Below are positions 22,582 through 32,000 of a DNA stretch of 32,000 bases, in pieces (position 1 is the stretch's first letter; each line of letters starts with the position of its first letter). The DNA lies in the NCBI RefSeq assembly GCF_000400465.1, contig NW_008806279.1, positions 386,107 to 418,106 on the forward strand, read 5' to 3'. Below the pieces are notes generated by a model. The model was not told the DNA's origin and searched no databases. It saw only the letters and a list, made by a program, of their open reading frames with translations. This DNA comes from Wallemia ichthyophaga EXF-994. Lineage: Eukaryota > Fungi > Basidiomycota. The position numbers and the translations under genes were made by a program.

Positions 22582-23610
22582 ATGTTCAACTTGTTCAAAT
22601 TGTTTTCCAGTGGCCATGGCAGTGGCAGCGTGGCAGAAAAGGATCCAGCTATGGAAGCGTTAAAAGCAGCAGCATCGGCAAATGCAAATGAAAAACAACC
22701 CAGCAGCACGAACATACCCGCACTGCCCATTCAACCACTCAACCTCCCCAGTCTCGCAAAGTTACGTGGGAAGCACGTCGTACTCGCAAGCAGCTCACCG
22801 CGCCGTCGCGACATACTCGCGCAAGTTGGAATACATCCCCACGTCGTCCCGTCCACTTTCGCCGAGACGCTGAGTAAGGAAGACTTTGCACACGATGCAC
22901 ACGCATACCCCATAAACACGGCCACTGAAAAAGGCAAAGAGGTTTATGAAAGAATGGTGGTGAGTTGCTAACGATATGGCCATATGACGCCAGTTAACCT
23001 ATTTGCAGATGGAAGACGATAAGAATTCACCTGATTTAGTTATTTCAGGTGAGTAGTGAGTTTACAGCACCATTCACACACTCACACACTCCCACACACA
23101 GCCGATACAGTCGTTCTCGTCCCAGACAACGCTCCTTCTCTTTCCAAGGGCCAGAGCTGGGATGAGGCGCATGGAGAAATGAGCTACTCTGTCTGTGAGA
23201 AGCCCATCGATAAAGCTGACCAGTATCGCATGCTCGCCGATGCTAGTGGCCGCTCACTGCAGGTAGTCACTGGAGTGTGTATTAGTGGGTAAATGCACTC
23301 GTATGCACACTTTCTCTCACCACCTACAGCTTACCCCACCCTCCAAGCACCCGGTTATGCGCAGAGGACATTCGCCAATGCCACTACCGTTCACTTCTTC
23401 GATATCGATCCATACACCATTGACCGCTACATAGACACAAACGAGGGTATCGATAGAGCAGGTGGTTTCGCGGTGCAGGGATTGGGCGCGTTTATGGTCG
23501 AGGGCATCACCGGCGACTACAACAACGTCGTAGGATTCCCTCTCGCAGAATTTGTTCGTTTCTTAGACACGCTTATCGAGAATGACGAAGACGTGCTCCA
23601 AGTTGAGTAA
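22582..23610 (+). CDS. Maf-family nucleoside-triphosphate pyrophosphatase (ASMTL N-terminal/YhdE-like); 3 introns
   Basis: VVLASSSPRRRDIL, VVPSTFAE, TATEKGKEV, VISADTVV, EKP, YI.T.EG.DRAGGFAVQG.GA, GDYNNVVGFPL. Confidence 0.9.
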
Positions 23611-23672
23611 CATTACTTTCAATGCATTGACTTTATTTTTTAATCGTTTGAAATTACGTTATATGCAAATTG

Positions 23673-26089
23673 CTATCTTGACCGACTTTGTGTATGTGTA
23701 TCGCCTCCATTACATACGGCATTGTTATTCGAATTGCTATCACTATTGAGGAAGTCCTTCACCTTGGCATACCAAGTAGCTCCCACACTCGCATCTCTGC
23801 CCTCATCGAAACTAAATTCGACATCTCTTCCACCAGCGCTAACAATGACCTTGTTCTTCTCTGCCAGTCGCACCCGTGCACGCTCCTCGCTATCACCGAT
23901 ACCCAAATCCACCTCAAACTTTACCTTGAGCGTGTCTTCTTTAACGCACAGCAACCGAGGCAGATCCGTCAACAGCAACCAGCGCCGCTTCGTCCTGCTA
24001 AGGAATTTGCGTTGTGTGCGCACAAGCACGGGTGATGCGAGATGTAACTTTTCTGAAGGTAATAATATGGTGTATCTGTGGTGTTTCAAGTTAGTATCAC
24101 CTTGCCTACATCAACATACCTCCGACTCACAGCTGCGACTTGAGTTCATCCGACATTTCCTTGCCGTCATTGACTATTGATGAGAGAGTGAGCGGGGCAA
24201 GATAGTCACTATCACTACTGAAGCCGGGACTGGACGTCGTTTTTTCATCCGTCTGCTTGTTGTCTTCTTCATCACGAAGCTGCTGTTGTTGCTCCTCTTG
24301 CTCATCCTTTATCTGCTCAGACTCATCTTCATCACTCTCCTCCCATCCAAGCTCGAAATATGCGTCTGATGGTATGTTCGACTGTGGACTAGGCTCGTTC
24401 ATCCCAGTCGCTATTGACGGCGGATCCGTACTCCAGATCTGCTGAAAGTTAACATCTTTAAACCACTCATGATTTCTTATATCCTCTATCCCGTCCTCAC
24501 CACTCCCTAGTCTATCTTCTGGATCTAGCACCAGCAACTTTTCCACCAGATCACGTGCAACTGGTGGGAAGTTATCAGGGAATACGTAATCCAACTTCAT
24601 TATTAGCTGGAATGTCAAATATTCATTCGTCGCTTTGAATGGTGGTTTACCTGTGATCATCTGGTAAATTATACACCCGAGTGCCCAAAAATCACATTCT
24701 TTGCCAACACTCCTGTCTCGGAGGAGTTCCGGTGAAACGTATTCAGCGGTACCGACGAAAGATTTACTACGCTCATCGTTTATATCTGCATCTGACTGAT
24801 CAAGTATCTTTGCACTACCGAAATCAGTCACTTTGATCACCATATCTGAGTTGAGGAGGATGCTAAAGCAACATCGCGTTAGCTGTGCAACCATAACACA
24901 CCCACACCCACTTCTCTGGCTTGATGTCACGATGTATGATACCACGGCCATGCATAAACCCAATAACTGAGAGTGTCTGTGCAGCGTAAAACTTTGCACT
25001 CTTCTCGTCAAATGAGCCCATCTGTGACAAGTCAATATCTCACAAAAAAACATCCTCCACGCTCATACATACCTTTTTGATCCACGATAGCAGCTCGCCA
25101 TTAGGCGCATACTCCAACGCAAAGAAGAGAGAATCTCCTGCAAGGTTGTGTAAATGGTCACTCCCTCTATATGCCGACCGACCCTCTCTGAACGTCATCC
25201 ATAGTCTAATAATCCCGGAGCTCCCTTCATTCTTTTGTCGCTTGGGTTTGCGTTGCTGTGGGCTCTTAATATTTTCTTGCGAATTTTCCCTCAATTGCGA
25301 CGATCCATTAGATATATCAGTGTTGAGGATCTGCAGAGCATGTTTCTCGATAGTGACATACTTGATTTTGTTCTCCTTTACAATATGCGCCTGGGAGAGC
25401 TCCTTCATAGCGTAGATCCGCGCTTGTTTGGGCGGAGGTATCGACTGGGACGACATACTACTTGATGAGCTTGTCGAGGAGGGTATGGAAGTGTTCATTT
25501 TAACTGGAGAGGTGGCTAATTGAGGGTACTGATGGTTTTGAGAGTGTTGTAATGGTTGAGAAGATGGCTGAGATGGCTGAGATGATACTGTGTGCGTCGG
25601 TAGCTTATCCCATGCCAAGGTGACAGTAGAAAAGCTACCCTCGCCGATAATATCTCCCCAAACAAAATCATCCTTGCTCTTACCCGCTTTAGGCGGTGGC
25701 TGTGTGCTCGAACTGAGCGAGCGCACGCCAGACAGTGTAGGTCTAGTGGTAGGGCCATTCATAGCTTTCTGACGCGTTGGAGAGCCTGGTGGCGTCATAC
25801 TGCTACCGTTGTTCGGAAGGAGATGTGCGACGACGGTAGCGGAGGAACTGACGGAAGGATCCCGCGAGCGATTTACTATGGGTATAGAGACTGGCGAGCC
25901 ATCACGCTCAGATTTCTCTTTGTCTTTGTTACCGAGCTGCGAGAGCTGGGCATCTTCTGCTTGACGTACATTAGGCGTCGATCCCCACGGAGCGGCTTTG
26001 ATGGGCGCAGCGGGTATACTAGCGGTAGAAGAGATGCTACTGGACAATGTGGAGCTGCTGTCGTTGACGTGCTCCATATCCTCGTCCAT
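23673..26089 (-). CDS. PKH1: PDK1/Pkh-family Ser/Thr protein kinase with C-terminal PH-like domain; about 4 introns
   Basis: DFVWGDIIGEGSFSTV, YAMK.L..AHIVKENKIKYVTIEK, spliced HRDIKPENILL, TDFGSAKIL, SFVGTAEYVSPELL, KATNEYLTFQ, and C-terminal KRRWLLLTDLPRLLCVKE. The Pkh1 versus Pkh2 label cannot be resolved. Confidence 0.92.
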
Positions 26090-26179
26090 TTGCGTCGTGT
26101 TGGCTGTACTTGATCAAGAAATGAATTGAAATTAAATACATGTATTCGTAAAATAGGCATAGCATCGTGTTATATAGTT

Positions 26180-27378
26180 CTAGTATCTGTATCCGCCCAT
26201 CATTCCTGGCCCACCCATGCCACCCATCCCGCCCATCCCCATTGGGTATCCTTGCTGGTATCCCCCGCCGTACATCCCGCCGTACTGGGGATATCCGTAC
26301 TGTTCCATAGGTACCGTGTACACTTGAGGCACGAATATAATTTCACGTGTGTTCGGTTGATCGTAGTAGCCTATTTTAGATTAGTTCCGAAGAGCGCGTA
26401 AGCGGGACGCGGCGACTCACTTCCGCGATGGGACATACCGTTCATGTTGTTCATCCCAGGCATGCCGTTCATGCCGTTCATGCCGTTCATTCCGTTCATC
26501 ATTGGGTTCATCCCCATTCCTTGGTTTGGTACCATGCTCCCGGGCATTCCACCACCAGTCATTCCATTACCGTGCATTCCACTAGGCATTCCACCGGGCA
26601 TTCCACCAGGCATTCCACCAGGCATTCCACCCATTCCACCACCCATGCCGCCCATTCCCATTCCCATTCCACCACCCATGCCTCCGCCCATACCGCTATC
26701 GAGGCCACCGGGCATATAAGGCATACCCATACCACCTCTGTGCATGCCCATACCGCCTCTATTGCCCATACCCATACCCATGCCAGGCGTACCACCCATC
26801 CCCATACCAGCACCCATCCCCATACCGGACATTTCCGCCTCCTCGTACATCCTCCAAGCGGAAGCCGAAGCGATTTCGCAAGCGTATTCCATAGCAGGAT
26901 CTGGCATCATACCGAAGCATTCGTGCCAGAATCTGTAAAAAAAAAGGGAGTCATGAGCGAGTATCTACGTGAAAAGCCACCCCACCTACTGTCTAGCATA
27001 AGCAATAGCGAGAGCGGCGCAATTCTCGCGCGCTATATGCTTTTCCATGAATGTCTGTTGATGAAAACGACTGCGATGGTGAAACATAACTGAAACAGCT
27101 TCACTCGCGGCTGCACCACCTATCTGCATAGGCGACATAGCGTGACGATCTACGCCTGCCATCCACTGCTGGTGCATGCCGTATGCATCGTGTGTGCCTA
27201 ATCCACCGCCGAACTGGCGTGAACGCATACGATCGAAGATGTTATTGAAGAAACCACTTTCATTCGGTCCATGAAGGACATTGAAGAAGTCATGAGGTTG
27301 TCGCAGATCACCTATGTTAGACCACGTCGGTGTCTGTGGTCGATATTGATTGAATCCGAATCCTGCTGGTGTGTTCAT
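26180..27378 (-). CDS. Uncharacterised protein with a short helical core and a long Gly/Met/Pro/Asn/Tyr low-complexity C-terminus; introns ~26992-26937 and ~26421-26372
   Basis: ORFs 27378-26986, 26910-26371 and a terminal exon ending TAG at 26182-26180 join in frame via GTAGGT..TTTACAG and GTGAGT..CTAAT..AATAG introns. Confidence 0.65.
26440..26830 (-). repeat. Coding tandem repeats GGM, (MPGG)n and (MNG)n
   Basis: On the + strand, repeats of cattccacca(g)gg, catgccgtt and cccatacc. Confidence 0.8.
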
Positions 27379-27637
27379 TGTGCTGTGTCTGTGTCTGTGT
27401 CTGTGTGCGTGTGGTGCGTGTGGTGTGTGCAACGCGTCTGTAATCGTATGTCGCCGGTGACTCCCGAATATATCTCTAAGTCCTGCGCGTATTCCTTCTG
27501 TTCTGCTATGTCCTTCTCTTCTTCTACGTCCTCCGTAGACGCTACTAATCTTGGTCGCTGCTAATGAAGCTGTGTGGGGAGTATAAAATATAAAAATATA
27601 AAAATTACAAGTCTATTCCATTATTCGTCTCTTTCAC

Positions 27638-30232
27638 TTATTGCGTCTCACTCTCTCCACCATTCGGAAACGCGGCTAACGAGCCATGCAGGCTGTCGAA
27701 CGTCGCCAGCGACATATCAAAGAAATCCGCATAGGGTGTGTTAGCGTTAGGCGGGAACATGTTAAGTGGGTGTGATTGTATCTGTGTGTGTTGCGTTTGC
27801 TGCATTTGCGATGTTTGCTGCTGTTGTTGTTGTTGTTGTTGCTGTTGCTGCTGTGTTGCAACACCCTGAGCTGAATTATTCGAATTGAGGTTGGAATTCG
27901 TATTTGAATGTGCTGTCGGCGTCTGAGAGAAGAAGTTCTGCAGACCTAACTCTGTCCCATCAAAGTACATGTCGCTTAGTGATCCGTGAGTCATAGCGCT
28001 GAACCAGCCATCCAGATCGAGTTCGTCATCTGCAGGTGTTGGCAAGCTAGTGGCTGTTGAAGGGACGATGGGCGCGGGTGTGCTGGTGTTATTGCTGGCA
28101 TTATTATTATTATTGTTATTAACCACCGAGACAGCACTACCACCACCACTAGCATTAGTCTGATTTTGCGCACTAGGCAGACTAGTGTGAGCAGTTGGTG
28201 GTGTGTGGTGTATGCCTGTATCGGTAGCGCGCGGTCGGCACACTCCCGCTAGGTTCGATGACGCCGCTGCCTCCTGCGCTTCAGCCTGTTGTTGAGTTTT
28301 CTGCAGATAGCGCTGTCTTAACAGCGCAATCGATCTCTGTAGACCAGGTGTGTATTCCGCTCCCTTGGCTAACACCCTGAACGTTAGCACCAGTCGCTCT
28401 CGAGCATCGCTGCTCCGCACGGGATCGTTCGACAACAGTTCAGCAAGATCAATAGTCGCGCTGACATAAGCGCAATATGTCATCAGATACGTCATGTTGC
28501 ACAGTCCAAATGAACGCTCATGGAGACCGAACAAAGCGTTGATTTCAGCCGCATTGCGCCGGCATATATCTATAGAGTCTGGGAAAGGTGTGTTAGAGAA
28601 GGGAGGGGTGGGCGATGCGAGGGTGTATGGTCTATAGAGCAATATCCACGTCGTACGAGTGAGAAGGCTGAAGGGTGCTGTGTTAGCGGTGTAATCCATT
28701 ACTTGTACCCTCTACCCACTTCAATGTAAGGATATGGACTGGTGGACACGCACTCGGGAGTGCACGCACATCGAGAGATATACTCCCCGGTAATGTCCAC
28801 ATATATGTCTGAAGTTGTTTGTGCGTGTTACTGACGAACTGGTTGCATTCCTCGAAAGGAGCTCGCGTAACGTACACGGTAGTGAGGATATCTTCAATAA
28901 TCTAATTTTTTTATCAGTATTTGCATCCTACACCAAACACACACCCACCATCCACAGTTTGCACGAATTTTCAAAAGTGAGACTCTCATGTGCGAGTGCA
29001 TATGGGTAATTAGCAGCCTGAGGGGGGCCATCATCTTCTAAGAAAATAGGCGCCCATGAATCTTCATGATCCGTGTCATCATGATAGTGGGGGAGAGGGC
29101 ATGGAGGTTTGGGGAAAGTGGGAGCTCTGCCCAAGACGAGACTGATGAGCTTATCCCAGGTATACGCACTCCAGACGACTCTCCTATGCACGGTACGCTC
29201 CTCATGAGAGTAGCTAGCGAGTGCAGACTCGTCTTCCCTGTCAATACCGAGATCGGAGATCATTCTAAAAGCGATACCAGCGAGAATAAAGCCCTGTGAG
29301 ATACGCCCAAGTGCGCAATCTCTACCACCGAGGATGAGCAGTCCTTGAATAGTGGGTATGGAGGACGGCTTATCGAGTTCGCCAGCGAGATAGACACGGG
29401 CCTTAAAGGCGTAGTCACCACCAGCTTCGATAGTGGAGAGATGTCTAGAGGCGTGTGCGTAAAGAGCATTGAGCAAAAAAGGCGAGTACCACGGACCACC
29501 GCCATTTTTCATATCGCGGAGGAAGAGAGATTTAGTGATAGTGAGGTGCTGTGGGCACTGCCAGCAAAAGTAAGTAGTGAGAAGAAGCTCAGACTGCCGC
29601 TGACTCGGAGTGTACTGATCGTGAACCATAGTCTGAGAAGCAGGGGAGAGAGCTTGACTGCCCAAAACGCTCGACACAAGCAATTCAGTGCGATCAGGAG
29701 GAACATTTGTAAGAGGCATGTTGTCGCTCTGGCCATCGAGAACGTGGAGGTGGGAAGCAGCGTTGGGCTCCGACGCAGACTCTTCTTTAACTCCTGGTTC
29801 CTCTTTTACAGTGAGGCTACCGCTGGGAGTGGTATTTGCGTTAGTGTCAGTCTTCCGCCTCTTTCGTCTATTGTTTGCGGAAGCCGAGAGGTGGATGGAA
29901 GAGTGTTTGCGTGACCAATCAGCGAGAAGCTCAGCCCTGTGGTCATCAGTAGCAGAAGTAAGTTGATTGATAAAGTCCTTATGATAATCGAGTTGGTTGA
30001 TTGTACGTGCGAGGCGTGCGGGAGCAGCAGTGGCAGGAAAGACACACTCGTAACCGCTCTTCAAGCACTGAGCACAAGGAGCTTCATGAGCGTCGCATTT
30101 CCTCTTCCTGCGCCTGCACTGCTCACAGCTATCGCCATATCTGCGCTTCTGGTGGGAGGAGGAGTCTAGATCGAAATGGTTGTTGTGGGTGTCGTTGCTG
30201 TGTATTTGATTAAAGCTCAAGCTGTGGCTCAT
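27638..30232 (-). CDS. Zn(II)2Cys6 fungal transcription factor with Fungal_trans middle homology region (NirA-like) and Q/N-rich C-terminus; 2 introns
   Basis: SCEQCRRRKRKCDAHEAPCAQCLKSGYECVF, LLTTYFCWQ, SIPTIQGLLIL, AFRMISDLG, RRVVWSAYTWDKLISLVLGRAP, WILLYRPY, LMTYCAYVSATI. First ATG at 30232. Confidence 0.92.
27815..27856 (-). repeat. polyQ (CAG/CAA) tract in the transcription factor; a separate polyN (AAT/AAC) tract lies near 28098-28121
   Basis: tgctgctgttgttgttgttgttgttgctgttgctgctg on the + strand. Confidence 0.85.
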
Positions 30233-30528
30233 TGGCGAGCGAAAGACAGATAATTTCAATTATGAGTGATGGCCGGTGATGGTGATGAGCTAAGCCGGGT
30301 TTCTGAAGAATTGCGCTGAGTTAGGGGGAGACTGGGTGAGTGAGAGATTGAGTGCGTATGAGCATTCTACAATCGATAAAACCCTATAAAACCCAGGTAC
30401 CTTACAAATCTGCTCACTTGGAGACACCTGCCCTGGATCTTATCAAATGTCGGTATCTTTATCCGATTTCAAGTAAATTTATAATGTTTTCAAGTAAATT
30501 TTAAGCAATCCAAGTAAACTCAAGTAAT

Positions 30529-31094
30529 TTACAACTTTTTGGATAAAACAAACGCGTCTCTAGAACCCTCCCCTTTAAGCCTCTTGTAATAATCCTTGAC
30601 ATCTGCTTGAATTGAGAAGCCATTAGCTTTATAGAATTCTATAGCGTCATCATTCTCCTTCTGTACATGCATATAAACGCTATCGAGCTTCTTCCTCGGC
30701 TGAACTTTATCACCTTTTATGATTGGCTCTGGATCGCTGACTGCAGCTTTGAGTATATGATTGAGCATGTGCCTCCCCAGTCCTTGTCTCCTGTACGGTG
30801 CAAGTACAGCGAGTATCATGATATACAGCTTCCCGGCTTCCACCTTACAGCAGACGCTACCAACGGGGATATCATTATAATAAACCAATTTACAGAAATC
30901 CTCGAGTTCTGGTGATTGTACTTGCTCATACACGCCATTTGAGTAGGGCACTTGGGTGGGTGTTTTAGTGGTAATACCCATGGCTCAAAAACCCACGCAC
31001 CTGGTAAGATTACCCCATTCAGTCTCCTCAGTGTACCGATATTCTGCCTTGTAACGCTTGCAAGATCCACGCGTGGTGATAGCTTAATGCTCAT
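30529..31094 (-). CDS. NAT5: N-terminal acetyltransferase Naa50/Nat5 (NatE catalytic subunit), GNAT fold; intron ~31000-30951
   Basis: VT..NIGTLRRLNGVILPVPYS..VY, VYYNDIPVG.VCC, LYIMILAVLAPYRRQGLG, VYMHVQ..N..AIEFYK..GF.I....KDYYKRL....A.VL.K. Confidence 0.9.
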
Positions 31095-31226
31095 TGTGCG
31101 GGTGTAAAGAGTTATCGGATATTCGTGGTTATTAAATATATTCCCGCTTTCACAGCATTCCACGCCTACATGCCTACGCGCCTATACGCCACCACTGTCT
31201 TCTTCCTACACCCACGACAACCATCA

Positions 31227-31877
31227 ATGACATCGAGTAAGTGATCCACCCACACAAACAATCATCCACGCTGATATCCCCAAAGTAGCTAAACGCCCTG
31301 TGGATCTCTTCTACGCCGTATTTCTCGCCATCCACCTCCCAATGACACTCGCTGTCGATCTTCAGTCACTCTACCCGCAACATCTCATCCCAGAACCGCT
31401 GAAGGAGCTCCTCCGCTTCTGGATTTCCATCTCCAACGACCCTATTCTCCAAGGCGGTGGCAGTGGCAGTCCCCTCTGGGCGTGGGCGCGTTCCTTCTTA
31501 GCTTTGGAGGCTGTAGGCCAGATTCCCATTTTTATTTTCGGCGCGTATGGGCTATATAAGGGTGTGTTACTTGATACTAAGACAAAAGCAACACACTCAC
31601 TCACCCACCAGGCTCTAGAAGCGTTCAAGTTCCCCTTCTAGTCTACGGCGTTTCCGCAGCTACCACCACTTTCGCCTGCTTGGCTACTGTGCTCGCTCTC
31701 CCCGTGCACGCTCCTCCTTTCCCTCCACCACTCACCGGCGCTTTGGCTCTGTCGCCGGAGCAGCGCACTATCCTCCTCGGCGCATACACCCCCTACCTCA
31801 TCATCCCCCTCTTGATAGCCTGCGATATGGCTGGCAGACTTTCGCGCAGAGGTTATCTGCACGAGAAGATGCTTTGA
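31227..31877 (+). CDS. EXPERA-domain membrane protein (TMEM97/sigma-2/EBP-like); 2 introns
   Basis: KRPVDLFYAVFLAIHLPMTLAVDLQ, NDP, W.RSFLALE..GQIP.F, LLVYG.SAATTT, YTPYLIIPLLIACDM..RL. ATG at 31227 joined by a GTAAGT intron. Confidence 0.85.
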
Positions 31878-32000
31878 GGTGTCTTTGTCTATCTATATCT
31901 CCATTAATGCAAATAGCATGCATTTATTTATTCACATGATACACCACGTCGCAACGCTAGCAGCAACTACGGCGCCATACGCTGTCAACGCTTGTCTGGA

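Noticed and set aside
1-32000. tRNA, rRNA, snRNA genes, CRISPR arrays and transposons
   Set aside because: No T-loop/anticodon cloverleaf, U1/U2/U6 signature, repeat-spacer array, terminal repeat or transposase/RT motif recognised by eye; a covariance-model scan would be needed to exclude ncRNAs.
1-32000. A biosynthetic gene cluster (2OG dioxygenase + ABC transporter + Zn2Cys6 factor)
   Set aside because: These genes are 10 kb or more apart, interleaved with core housekeeping genes, and there is no backbone enzyme (PKS/NRPS/terpene synthase).

Overview
Gene-dense eukaryotic genomic DNA from a fungus, most likely a compact-genome basidiomycete (Wallemia-like). This is inferred from introns of mostly 43-55 nt with GTGAGT/GTGCGT/GTGGGT donors, very short intergenic spacers and basidiomycete-type proteins. 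I could build spliced models by hand for about 21 protein-coding genes: PMT4, THI6, an ABCG half-transporter, an F-box protein, a polyQ orphan, COX8, an IEC3-like protein, a PB1+5xZZ (NBR1/p62-like) protein, a J-domain chaperone, DAD3, SNF8, tubulin cofactor D, a 2OG-Fe(II) dioxygenase, aspartyl-tRNA synthetase, GWT1, a Maf-like pyrophosphatase, a PKH/PDK1 kinase, a Gly/Met-rich protein, a Zn2Cys6 transcription factor, NAA50/NAT5 and an EXPERA protein. The F-box gene and DAD3 are absent from the supplied ORF track. The most striking feature is architectural. Divergent genes start within a few tens of bp of each other, and the PB1-ZZ gene and the J-protein gene overlap their ATGs inside one palindrome (GCCATGGC, 11091-11098). 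A ~1.5 kb gap at 17.65-19.2 kb may hold a decayed gene. No rRNA, tRNA, CRISPR array or recognisable transposon was seen. All exon boundaries are manual inferences without transcript data.
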